DNA of 64,000 nucleotides from Bacteroidota bacterium. GTDB taxonomy: Bacteria; Bacteroidota; Ignavibacteria; Kryptoniales; JAKASW01. Location: positions 10,535-74,534 of the forward strand of contig JAJZVO010000014.1 of the NCBI GenBank assembly GCA_021845665.1, in the 5' to 3' direction. Of the stretch, positions 56,445 to 64,000 are shown one piece after another (position 1 is the first letter of the stretch; every line of letters begins with the position of its first letter). A program made the translations under genes and the position numbers. A model generated the notes under the pieces. That model saw only the letters and a list, made by a program, of their open reading frames with translations. It did no database searches and was not told the origin of the DNA.

Positions 56445-57533
56445 ATGAAAAAGACATTTGCAATTATTTTAATGGCAGCTTCCGTCGCTTACGCGACGAG
56501 AATAAAAGATATTGCCTACATAAAGGGCGTGAATCATTACCAGGTTATCGGCTACGGCCTCGTCGTCGGGCTTAACGGGACAGGCGATTCCCAGATGTCG
56601 ATTCTTACTCAGCAGTCTGTTGTAAGTATGATGAAGAGGTTCGGCATCACACTCGATCAGAGCCAGGTCAGGATGAGAAACGTAGCCGCAGTCATGGTGG
56701 TGGCGTCCATACCGCCGTTTTCTGCCAAAGGCGCTTCGATCGACGTGACCGTCTCTTCCATGGGAGACGCGACAAGTCTTCAAGGCGGTGCGCTTCTTCT
56801 GACCGATCTGGTCGGACAGGATGGCAGGGTTTACGCGACAGCCCAGGGCCCAATCTCCGTCGGTGGCTACAACTTCCAGGCTGCGGGATCGATGATCCAG
56901 AACAACTTCACGACCACGGGTAGGATCCCTAACGGCGGTCTTGTCCAGAGAACTCCTCCGGTTCAATTCGACAACAACGGGAATATCTCCATAATCCTCT
57001 CGCAGGAAGATTTCACAACCGCCGACAGGGTTGCGAACGTAATAAACAAAAGCGTCGGGAGCCCCGTTGCTTATGCGATAGACGGAGGGAGAATAGATGT
57101 CAATGTGCCGAAGGCATTTCAACCGCAGAACAAAATTGTCCAGTTCATTTCACAGATAGAAATGCTTCAGGTCGTTCCCGATGTCGTCGCCAGGGTCGTA
57201 ATCAACGAGCGCACCGGCACGGTTGTAATCGGGCAGAATGTGACCATTCTCCCTGTGGCAATCTCGCATGGGAATCTGAACATAGAAATCCAGGCTTATC
57301 CTGTCATTTCCCAGCCGGCGCCATTCTCACAGGGGCAGACCTATGCGACTGAGGCGGCGATGCTGCAGGCGTACCAGGATACAAGTTCCGTGGTCGCCAT
57401 AAACGGCGCGGCAACCGTGCAGCAAATCGCGACAGCATTGAACTCGCTTAAAGTCAGACCGGAAGACATCATAGCGATATTCCAGGCATTGAAAGCCGCT
57501 GGAGCTTTGAAAGCACAACTCGTGATAATGTAA
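56445..57533 (+). CDS. flgI: Flagellar P-ring protein FlgI
   Basis: RIKDIAYIKGVNHYQVIGYGLVVGLNGTGD, LQGGALLLTDL, and a C-terminal IIAIFQALKAAGALKAQLVIM. Confidence 0.93.
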   Translation: MKKTFAIILMAASVAYATRIKDIAYIKGVNHYQVIGYGLVVGLNGTGDSQMSILTQQSVVSMMKRFGITLDQSQVRMRNVAAVMVVASIPPFSAKGASIDVTVSSMGDATSLQGGALLLTDLVGQDGRVYATAQGPISVGGYNFQAAGSMIQNNFTTTGRIPNGGLVQRTPPVQFDNNGNISIILSQEDFTTADRVANVINKSVGSPVAYAIDGGRIDVNVPKAFQPQNKIVQFISQIEMLQVVPDVVARVVINERTGTVVIGQNVTILPVAISHGNLNIEIQAYPVISQPAPFSQGQTYATEAAMLQAYQDTSSVVAINGAATVQQIATALNSLKVRPEDIIAIFQALKAAGALKAQLVIM

Positions 57534-57538
57534 CCGGC

Positions 57539-58357
57539 ATGGACAAGATTCAGCAAAACATATCGGCAGGACAGGTTCAATTAACCGCGCAGCAAAAAGC
57601 CAAACTCAAAGTCGCGGTGAAAGACTTCGAAGCGGTCTTCATGCAATATATGCTGAAAGCAATGCAGGAAACCGAGAACATCGATGGAAAGAGCGGCAAC
57701 CAGGGATACGGAAACGGTATCATGACGGGGCTGTTCAACATGAAGCTCTCGGAATACATGACGAAGAATTCGAACCTCGGCATCGGCAGCATGCTGTACA
57801 AGCAGCTTACCGGCGAGGAGATGGATTTGACCCCGAGCGGGGTCTCGGCATCGGATCTCAACAATCCGGCGCAGGGGTTTCCCGACAAGCAGCAAAACGT
57901 TCTTCAAAAGATAAAAGCCTACAGCTCGGGTTCCTTGCTGGAGAACGTCGGCAAATATTCCGATATAATAAGTGAGGCAGCAGGCACCTACAATTTGCAG
58001 CCTAACCTGATAAAAGCTGTCATCGCGGCAGAATCGTCCGGGAATGCCGACTCGCTTTCCGTCAAGGACGCGAAAGGGCTTATGCAGCTTACAGGTTCGA
58101 CTGCGAAGGAAATGGGCGTCTCGAATCCCTTCAATCCGCGCGAGAATATAATGGGCGGCGCAAAATATCTGAAAAGTCTGATGGAAAAATTCCCCGGAGA
58201 TCTTCCCAAGGCGCTGGCCTCTTACAATGCGGGGCCCGGGGCGGTTGAGCAATATGGCGGCGTGCCTCCCTACCCGGAGACACAAACTTACGTCAAGAGA
58301 GTAATGAACTATCTGAACATGTTCGACGCTAGTGAGGTTGGTGATGGAGGACAATAA
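57539..58357 (+). CDS. flgJ: FlgJ-like rod-assembly protein: rod-binding domain fused to an SLT-type lytic transglycosylase
   Basis: N-terminal rod-binding motif (VKDFEAVFMQYMLKAMQET...GIGSMLYKQL). C-terminal SLT motifs (AVIAAESSGN catalytic Glu, GLMQLTGSTA, ASYNAGPGAV). Confidence 0.8.
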   Translation: MDKIQQNISAGQVQLTAQQKAKLKVAVKDFEAVFMQYMLKAMQETENIDGKSGNQGYGNGIMTGLFNMKLSEYMTKNSNLGIGSMLYKQLTGEEMDLTPSGVSASDLNNPAQGFPDKQQNVLQKIKAYSSGSLLENVGKYSDIISEAAGTYNLQPNLIKAVIAAESSGNADSLSVKDAKGLMQLTGSTAKEMGVSNPFNPRENIMGGAKYLKSLMEKFPGDLPKALASYNAGPGAVEQYGGVPPYPETQTYVKRVMNYLNMFDASEVGDGGQ

Positions 58358-58787
58358 CAAGAAACGTCTGCTCGAAATTACGGGCATGGAAACTGCCAAG
58401 TTCGAAAAAATGACGGAGATACTTCTGAAGAAACAATCCGCCATTTCCAGGCTTGACACGGACACGATTCAAGCTCTGGTAAGCGAAGAGCTTGCCGGGA
58501 TGAATGAGATACGCGCTCTTGAAAAAGAAAGAGCAGGGATCTTGCAGACTTTTTCCCTGAAAGGGGAGGAACTTGCAGATCCCGCGTCCGTCGAGCGCAA
58601 ATTGGGAAAAGAATACTCGCGAAAGTTTCTGGAACTTCACTCGAAATTCCGGGCAGTATTCGCGAACGTCCGAAGGCTCAACGATATGTGCCAGGTATTG
58701 CTCCTCCATTCGCTGGCCTTCATTAAACAAAATATCCGGATTCTTACCGACGACGGTAAGAGAAGACTGATCGACAAAAGAGCCTGA
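58344..58787 (+). CDS. flgN: FlgN-family flagellar export chaperone
   Basis: All-helical ~147-aa protein with a FlgN-like pattern (LLEITGMETAKFEKMTEILLKKQSAI..., RRLNDMCQVLLLHSLAFIKQNI), directly upstream of flgK-flgL. Confidence 0.6.
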   Translation: MEDNNKKRLLEITGMETAKFEKMTEILLKKQSAISRLDTDTIQALVSEELAGMNEIRALEKERAGILQTFSLKGEELADPASVERKLGKEYSRKFLELHSKFRAVFANVRRLNDMCQVLLLHSLAFIKQNIRILTDDGKRRLIDKRA

Positions 58788-58793
58788 GTCGTT

Positions 58794-60176
58794 ATGAGCG
58801 GACTAACAAGCATACTTAACATCGGTAACGAAGCCCTTAACACCAGCCAAACTGAGCTCAATACAACTGCCCACAACATAGCCAATGCGAACACTCCGGG
58901 TTATACCAGGCAGACTGTCGACACGCAGGCTTCCCTTCCAGTCGAGACTCCGTACGGCTACCTGGGTACCGGCGTGGAGGTGACCGGTATACAGGGTGTC
59001 AGAAACGCTTATGTTAACGAACAGGTTACCAACCTGAATTCCGACTTGAGCCAGGCGAATATCAACCAACAAACTCTTACCTCTATCGGGGGCATCTTCA
59101 ATGAGACCGCGACGTCGACGGGCGGATTGACCGCGCAGCTCAATGCGTTCTTCAGCGCGATGCAGACTCTTTCGCAGTCTCCCGAAGACAGCGGGCTGAG
59201 GCAGAACGTCCTACAGGCCGGAATAAATGTCGCCACGACGTTCAATTCCCTCAACAGCCAGCTTCAGAATGTGAAGTACCAGGTAAGTCAGCAAATCGGA
59301 TCGGATGTAAATCAGATCAACACACTTGCGGGAACGATAGCGAACATCAATAAAGAACTGATGGCCAACGCGGGAACGTCGAGGAATTCTTCGGATCTTC
59401 AGGACCAGATGAATAACGCGATAAATCAGCTGAGCAATTTGGTGAACGTAAAGGTCGTGACGGACTCGAACGGTGTGATGAACGTTACTGCCGGCGGCGC
59501 CGTGCTGGTCGCGGCGGGGAACGCATACAAGTTTAGCATGACGCAGACCACTTCGGGAATAACCGTCGGGCGGTCCGACTCTTCCGTACCTGCCACGGTC
59601 TCTTCGGGAGAACTGGCCGGGCTCATAAATTCATTCGACACCCAAATACCCGCATACGCTTCCCAGCTCGACGGTATTGCTGCGACTTTCGCTAAAACCA
59701 TCAACACCTTCAACAACGCCGGGTACACTCTCTCTACCAACGCAAGCTCGCCGACTCAGGGAGGGGACTTTTTCCAGGGAACCACTGCCGGGACAATCCA
59801 GGTATCTCAAAACATAATCTCAAACCTGAACAACATAGCGGCTTCTTCATCGGGGGCACCCGGCGACGGTCAGAACGCAGCCGCGATGGGTAACGTGTTG
59901 AACGCACCGGTGATGGCTAACGGTCAGTCTATTATCAATGGCTACGAGGCGCTGGTGAACCAGATCGGTACGGACTCGCAGAATGCAAACAACAGCGTGC
60001 AGACCATTCAGCTTCAGCAGAACCAGATGCAGGCTTTTCAGTCTTCAATATCCGGCGTTTCCCTTAACCAGGAATTGACAAATATGATCCAGTACCAGCA
60101 TTCGTTCGAGGCGGCTGCCAAAGTCATCACAACTGCCGATGCGATGTACCAGACAATAATCGGGATGGTGCCGTAA
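58794..60176 (+). CDS. flgK: Flagellar hook-associated protein 1 FlgK
   Basis: MSGLTSILNIGNEALNTSQTELNTTAHNIANANTPGYTRQ and the C-terminal GVSLNQELTNMIQYQHSFEAAAKVITTADAMYQTII. Confidence 0.92.
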   Translation: MSGLTSILNIGNEALNTSQTELNTTAHNIANANTPGYTRQTVDTQASLPVETPYGYLGTGVEVTGIQGVRNAYVNEQVTNLNSDLSQANINQQTLTSIGGIFNETATSTGGLTAQLNAFFSAMQTLSQSPEDSGLRQNVLQAGINVATTFNSLNSQLQNVKYQVSQQIGSDVNQINTLAGTIANINKELMANAGTSRNSSDLQDQMNNAINQLSNLVNVKVVTDSNGVMNVTAGGAVLVAAGNAYKFSMTQTTSGITVGRSDSSVPATVSSGELAGLINSFDTQIPAYASQLDGIAATFAKTINTFNNAGYTLSTNASSPTQGGDFFQGTTAGTIQVSQNIISNLNNIAASSSGAPGDGQNAAAMGNVLNAPVMANGQSIINGYEALVNQIGTDSQNANNSVQTIQLQQNQMQAFQSSISGVSLNQELTNMIQYQHSFEAAAKVITTADAMYQTIIGMVP

Positions 60177-60177
60177 A

Positions 60178-61062
60178 ATGAGGATCAATGAACAGCAAAT
60201 CGTGAGCGATCTTCTATATTCGCTTGGACAGGACAACTCGTCCATTAACAAACTGCAGGAACAGATCTCGACGGGCCAGATTGTGAATTCACCTTCCGAC
60301 AACCCGGCTCTCAATCAGCAATTGATGCTTCTTCAGGGACAGGTCAATGACAATAACGTTTACTCCCAGAACACTCAGTACGCCAACAGTTTCCTGAACG
60401 AACAGAGTACGGTGTTGAACAGCGCCGTAAGCATCCTCACGAATGTTAAATCGATGATAGTTTCAGCGGCTAACGACAGCAATGCGCATGATCTGCAAAG
60501 CTACAGCACCGAGCTTGGCCAACAGATCAAGCAGCTCCTCGACCTCTCGAATACTCAATTCGGCGGCAAATACATCTTTGGCGGGACCGAGACCACCTCT
60601 CAGCCCTTTTTCATGAACGCGGCGCAGACTGCCGTCAACGCCAATCCGAACGGGGTCGGCGGTGCACTTCAACTCAACGTCGGTCAGCAGATGACCGAAC
60701 AATACAACATCACCGGTGCGGAAGCTTTCAACAACGGGAAGCTCTTCAACGACCTCATTGCAATCGAGAACTCGATGGCGAGTGGGAATACCCCGAGCCA
60801 GGCAGACATGGCGACGGTCAGCAATTACCTCAACTCGATGATAAATACCAACGCGAAAGCCGGCGCGATGATGGACCGGTTCAACCTCATTCAAAATCAG
60901 CTGACGTCGCAAAACCAGACGCTTCAAACTACGATATCGAATCTTGGAAATACTGATGTCGCAACGGCGGTCATCCAGCTTCAGCAGCAGCAGACGACTC
61001 TTAATGCGGCTCTGAAAACCGGCTCCGGAATCATCCAACTTTCTCTGGCGAACTATCTCTAA
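60178..61062 (+). CDS. flgL: Flagellar hook-associated protein 3 FlgL
   Basis: Flagellin-like N-terminus (STGQIVNSPSDNPA) and C-terminus (GNTDVATAVIQLQQQQTTLNAALKTGSGIIQLSLANYL). Follows flgK. Confidence 0.88.
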   Translation: MRINEQQIVSDLLYSLGQDNSSINKLQEQISTGQIVNSPSDNPALNQQLMLLQGQVNDNNVYSQNTQYANSFLNEQSTVLNSAVSILTNVKSMIVSAANDSNAHDLQSYSTELGQQIKQLLDLSNTQFGGKYIFGGTETTSQPFFMNAAQTAVNANPNGVGGALQLNVGQQMTEQYNITGAEAFNNGKLFNDLIAIENSMASGNTPSQADMATVSNYLNSMINTNAKAGAMMDRFNLIQNQLTSQNQTLQTTISNLGNTDVATAVIQLQQQQTTLNAALKTGSGIIQLSLANYL

Positions 61063-61065
61063 GGC

Positions 61066-61842
61066 ATGAAGAAGACCGTCGAAATAGGGACTGTTGCCGG
61101 ATTACTATTCGGGCTGGTTGCGATATTCGGATCTTTCCTGATGGAGGGAGGAAATTTTGGCGCGCTGATAATGATCCCGGCCATTACGATTGTCATTGGC
61201 GGCACATTCGCGACCGCGATGATCGGAACGTCGTTCAAACAATTCCGCAGCATATGGAAATTCGCCCTCGTGGCATTCATGCCACCTAAGCACGATGTGA
61301 AGAAATTGATCGACACCATCGTCCGTTATGCGACAATAGCACGCAAGGACGGTCTCCTCGTACTGGAGAAGGACCTTAACAGCATAGATCATACCTTCCT
61401 CAAGAAAATGTTGCGCTTCGCTATCGACGGAACTGACCCGCAAACGATGAGAGCGGTCGCGGAGGCTGAAATGGGGTTCCTGAATGAACGACACTCTTCG
61501 AACGCGCAGATATTTCAAAAGATGGGAGGATATGCTCCTACGATGGGAATCATAGGAACCGTCATGGGACTTATCGTTACGCTTGCCAACGCAGGAGGAA
61601 ACCCGAACGATCTCATCCACCATATCGCGAGCGCTTTCATCGCGACACTCTGGGGTATCTTCACAGCCAATATCATTTGGCTCCCTATTGCCGATAAGTT
61701 GAAAACGATCCATGCCGAAGAAAGCCTTCTCATGGAGATAACTCTGGAGGGAGTACTGGCATTGCAGGCCGGTGAGATCCCGGGGATCGTCGCGGCGAAA
61801 CTGAAATCAATGCTCCCGAGCAGCGAGCAGGGACCTCTGTAA
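61066..61842 (+). CDS. motA: Flagellar stator protein MotA
   Basis: 4-TM MotA/TolQ/ExbB pattern (MGGYAPTMGIIGTVMGLI..., IASAFIATLWGIFTANIIWLPIADKL). Confidence 0.92.
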   Translation: MKKTVEIGTVAGLLFGLVAIFGSFLMEGGNFGALIMIPAITIVIGGTFATAMIGTSFKQFRSIWKFALVAFMPPKHDVKKLIDTIVRYATIARKDGLLVLEKDLNSIDHTFLKKMLRFAIDGTDPQTMRAVAEAEMGFLNERHSSNAQIFQKMGGYAPTMGIIGTVMGLIVTLANAGGNPNDLIHHIASAFIATLWGIFTANIIWLPIADKLKTIHAEESLLMEITLEGVLALQAGEIPGIVAAKLKSMLPSSEQGPL

Positions 61843-62543
61843 TGCAGAAGAAGCATACCGCCGAACATGACAATCAGGAAAGATGGCTCCTTACATACTC
61901 CGATTTGATCACTCTTCTTCTGGGCTTGTTCGTAATTCTGTATGCCAGCTCCCAAGTCGATATGAAAAAATACAAGCTGGTCGTTTCGGCTTTCGAGAAC
62001 GTGTTTGGCGGCGGAACGACAGCCGGTCCGCTTCCCGGAAACCATGGAGTAATGACCGCTCCGTCGGTAACACCCCCGATGAGACAATCCATGGAAATGG
62101 AACGCAAAGTGAAATCCGTCCTGGGGAACAACCTGAAAAGCGGTAATATCATGATCACCGAAAATGAACGCGGAGTGACCGTCCATTTTCTCGAAAAACT
62201 GATGTTTGATCCGGGACAGGCCCAAATCAAGTCTGACGCTCTTCCCGCGCTCGATACCCTGGGCTTCCTCCTCTCATCTATTCCGAACGAGATTCGCATC
62301 GAGGGAAATACAGACAATACTCCCATTCACACCGCGCTTTACCCCTCCAACTGGCAGCTCTCGATTGCGCGTGCGATGAATGTAGGCTATTATTTAATGA
62401 AACATTATCCAATAGAGCCGGAGAAAGTGGCCATCGTGGGCTATGGACAATATCATCCTCTTGTCCCGAACGACACTCCGGTTGATAAAGCAGAGAACAG
62501 GAGAGTAGACATTGTCATACTCAACCGCATCACGTCAAAATGA
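61842..62543 (+). CDS. motB: Flagellar stator protein MotB (OmpA-like C-terminus)
   Basis: ERWLLTYSDLITLLLGLFVILYA contains the conserved Asp. C-terminal OmpA-like domain (IRIEGNTDNTPI..., NWQLSIARA, NRRVDIVIL). Confidence 0.92.
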   Translation: MQKKHTAEHDNQERWLLTYSDLITLLLGLFVILYASSQVDMKKYKLVVSAFENVFGGGTTAGPLPGNHGVMTAPSVTPPMRQSMEMERKVKSVLGNNLKSGNIMITENERGVTVHFLEKLMFDPGQAQIKSDALPALDTLGFLLSSIPNEIRIEGNTDNTPIHTALYPSNWQLSIARAMNVGYYLMKHYPIEPEKVAIVGYGQYHPLVPNDTPVDKAENRRVDIVILNRITSK

Positions 62544-62580
62544 TCCCGCATGGCGGGACAAGACCGGGGAGAATGTGGAA

Positions 62581-62979
62581 GTGAAAATCAAACTCGTGAC
62601 CAGGCAGTTTGGCGAGCTGGAGTTCGACGAGAGCATAATCTACCATTTCCCGAACGGCTTGCCCGGTTTTGAAGAGCTTCACAACTTCATTATTATAGAT
62701 GAGAAGGACACAGAGCCGTTGCGATGGTTGCTCTCAGTAGATGATCCAAACATCGGCTTTGCCCTCCTGGAAGCGTCGCTGGTTGCGCCTGATATCTATA
62801 GTGAGCTTCCGTCCGAAGAAAAGTCTTCGTTGGCTTTCGTGGTGGTGGTGCTGCGGAGAAGTCCGGATCCGACAACGGCAAATCTGAAGGCGCCGATCGT
62901 CCTCGACGACACGAAAAGGATGGGCAGGCAGGTCGTTCTCAATTCTGATAAGTTCTCTACGCAATACAAAATCAATTGA
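62581..62979 (+). CDS. fliW: Flagellar assembly factor FliW
   Basis: FGELEFDESIIYHFPNGLPGFEELHNFIIID...PLRWLLSVDDPNIGFALL and NLKAPIVLD. A GTG at 62581 lies 9 nt after GGGGAG. The ORF-track start at 62512 lies inside motB. Confidence 0.88.
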   Translation: MKIKLVTRQFGELEFDESIIYHFPNGLPGFEELHNFIIIDEKDTEPLRWLLSVDDPNIGFALLEASLVAPDIYSELPSEEKSSLAFVVVVLRRSPDPTTANLKAPIVLDDTKRMGRQVVLNSDKFSTQYKIN

Positions 62980-62994
62980 CCATGGAAGGGTATC

Positions 62995-63276
62995 ATGCTA
63001 GTCTTGACAAGGAAGTTGGGCGAAGTAATAAAGATCGGCGACAAGGTTAAGGTCGTCGTAGTCGCGGTAGACGGTGGGAGCGTGAAGCTGGGTATCGAAG
63101 CTCCCGGTGAAATTCCAGTACACAGGGAAGAGGTTTACGTTAAGATAGCCACAGAAAACAAGGAAGCTTCGACGCAGCTCGACAAGGATAGCGCCAAAGC
63201 TCTGAGGGATATGCTTTCGAAAGGTTCTCGGAGATCCGGCAAGGACTCCGAACGCTCGGGTAAGAAAAATGCCTGA
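62995..63276 (+). CDS. csrA: Carbon storage regulator CsrA (FliW-partnered type) with ~40-aa charged C-terminal tail
   Basis: MLVLTRKLGEVIKIGDKVKVVVVAVDGGSVKLGIEAPGEIPVHREEVY is the canonical CsrA fold sequence. Follows fliW. Confidence 0.93.
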   Translation: MLVLTRKLGEVIKIGDKVKVVVVAVDGGSVKLGIEAPGEIPVHREEVYVKIATENKEASTQLDKDSAKALRDMLSKGSRRSGKDSERSGKKNA

Positions 63277-63985
63277 GACGACTCGGAAGAGCGTCCTGGT
63301 TATCGACGATACAAAAATCGTCCGGAGGTTCGCCGAAGATTTCTTTAAGAGGCTGAATATGTCAGTGACTCTGGCCTCCGACGGGTATGAAGGTGTGCAG
63401 ATTGCGCTTTCCTCCAGACCCGATGTGATCTTCCTCGACCTGATGATGCCGAGGCTCGATGGCTTCAAGACTCTCCAGATCATAAAGTCTAATAACCTTA
63501 CGAAGGATGTTCCTGTAATCGTCATGACGGGATATTCCGACAGGATAAACGTCATATCGGCGGGTAAGTTGGGCGCCACTTCCGTTATTACAAAACCCCT
63601 TTCCGAAGAGATCCTCCTGAAAAAATTGCAGCAGGTTTTCGGCAAGGATTTTGTCAGATCAATAATCCCTCGGGATCCCAAAGAGAAAGAAAACCCGTTC
63701 GGAGTAAAAGAGGAAGAATACAGCGACGTCGTGCGAAGCATGGTCGAGGAATTCGTCAAGTACTTTGGGGAGCAGGTCGACGAACTGGAGCAGGCTGTCC
63801 ATGAGAAGGATGTTGGTACAATCAGAAGGATTACCCACGACATCCGCGGGACCGGGGGATCGTTCGGTTATGACGAAGCGACTACGCTGGCGACCCGGCT
63901 GAACGAGTCTGTCCACCTCTCTCCTGTCAACTGGGAGGGTGTGGAGGAATTGCTTGTACAGTTGAAGAATAGGTTGAAGAAATGA
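63269..63985 (+). CDS. Response-regulator receiver fused to an Hpt phosphotransfer domain
   Basis: REC domain (VLVIDDTKIVRR, IFLDLMMPRLDG, ITKPL). C-terminal four-helix Hpt with ITHDIRGTGGSFG (His ~190). Confidence 0.8.
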   Translation: MPETTRKSVLVIDDTKIVRRFAEDFFKRLNMSVTLASDGYEGVQIALSSRPDVIFLDLMMPRLDGFKTLQIIKSNNLTKDVPVIVMTGYSDRINVISAGKLGATSVITKPLSEEILLKKLQQVFGKDFVRSIIPRDPKEKENPFGVKEEEYSDVVRSMVEEFVKYFGEQVDELEQAVHEKDVGTIRRITHDIRGTGGSFGYDEATTLATRLNESVHLSPVNWEGVEELLVQLKNRLKK

Positions 63986-64000
63986 AAGCGTTGGTTGCGG
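63982..64000 (+). CDS. Start of a further coupled ORF (MKALVA...), truncated by the window end
   Basis: ATGA overlap with the preceding stop. Only 6 codons are visible, so no product call is possible. Confidence 0.25.

Noticed and set aside
57581-58465. 294-aa ORF antisense to flgJ/flgN; similarly 54280-55146 antisense to flgG, 3177-4022 antisense to the GT2 gene, 4997-5770 antisense to the TPR gene, and 61515-62225 antisense to motA/motB
   Set aside because: In every case the opposite strand encodes a protein with strong family motifs, and the antisense translations are low-complexity Arg/Leu/Ser-rich. There is no independent support.
61690-61697. Perfect sigma-28 -10 box GCCGATAA inside motA, 145 nt upstream of motB
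   Set aside because: There is no TAAA-like -35 element at the required 15-16 nt spacing (the sequence there is TATC/ATAT), and it lies within coding sequence. It is probably a chance match.
62998-63843. 281-aa ORF antisense to csrA and the REC-Hpt gene
   Set aside because: It overlaps two confidently identified plus-strand genes. It is S/T/F-rich with no recognisable domain or SD. I treat it as a shadow ORF.
1-64000. Checked for CRISPR arrays, tRNA/rRNA genes, IS/transposase, integrase or phage genes, and toxin-antitoxin or defence islands
   Set aside because: None recognised. All intergenic regions longer than 100 bp were read (9867-10014, 11092-11669, 21990-22448, 25461-26186, 36290-36424, 38872-39110). 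They show no spaced repeat arrays or cloverleaf-like sequences. This conclusion rests on eye inspection only.

Overview
The window is almost entirely coding. It appears to come from a diderm, probably polarly flagellated bacterium. An LptE-like lipoprotein coupled to a sensor-less sigma-54 activator hints at an FCB-group (Ignavibacteria/Bacteroidota-like) lineage, but this is a weak inference. GC looks roughly balanced by eye; I did not compute it.

There are three blocks:
1. 1-12.0 kb holds envelope and housekeeping genes: a SPOR protein, an MBL hydrolase, a sensor-less sigma-54 activator with an LptE-like lipoprotein, a processive GT2 synthase, a TPR protein and UbiE/MenG. It also holds a cytoplasmic histidine kinase with an NtrC-type sigma-54 response regulator, a HoxN/NixA-type Ni/Co permease and a DksA/TraR zinc-finger protein.
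2. 12.1-25.5 kb is a ~13.4 kb minus-strand chemotaxis operon. Gene order is half-PBP, MCP, CheW, (small ORF), MCP, FapA/DUF342, HEAT-repeat protein, CheR, CheY-like, CheY, CheZ-like, CheA, CheB.
3. 26.2-64.0 kb is a ~38 kb plus-strand flagellar super-operon. It follows the Bacillus/Spirochaete-like order flgBC-fliEFGHIJ-ylxF-fliK-flgD-(TIGR02530-like)-flgE-flbD-fliLMNOPQR-flhBAFG-fliA. This is followed by flgFGAHIJ-flgN-flgKL-motAB-fliW-csrA and a REC-Hpt protein.

I saw no rRNA, tRNA, CRISPR arrays, IS elements or phage genes.

The most unusual content:
- A four-gene non-flagellar module sits between fliA and flgF. Its first gene fuses an HDOD domain to a FliA-like sigma-70 region-4 domain, in a cluster that has flgN but no recognisable flgM.
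- The che and flagellar operons are divergent. Each is preceded by a near-consensus sigma-54 -24/-12 element, and these flank a central 15-bp palindrome.
- A CheZ-like phosphatase has a conserved D-x3-Q site and a C-terminal CheY-binding-like peptide.
- Several tightly coupled small ORFs of unknown function lie inside the flagellar operon.

All calls rest on reading motifs in the supplied translations and sequence. No database searches were run.
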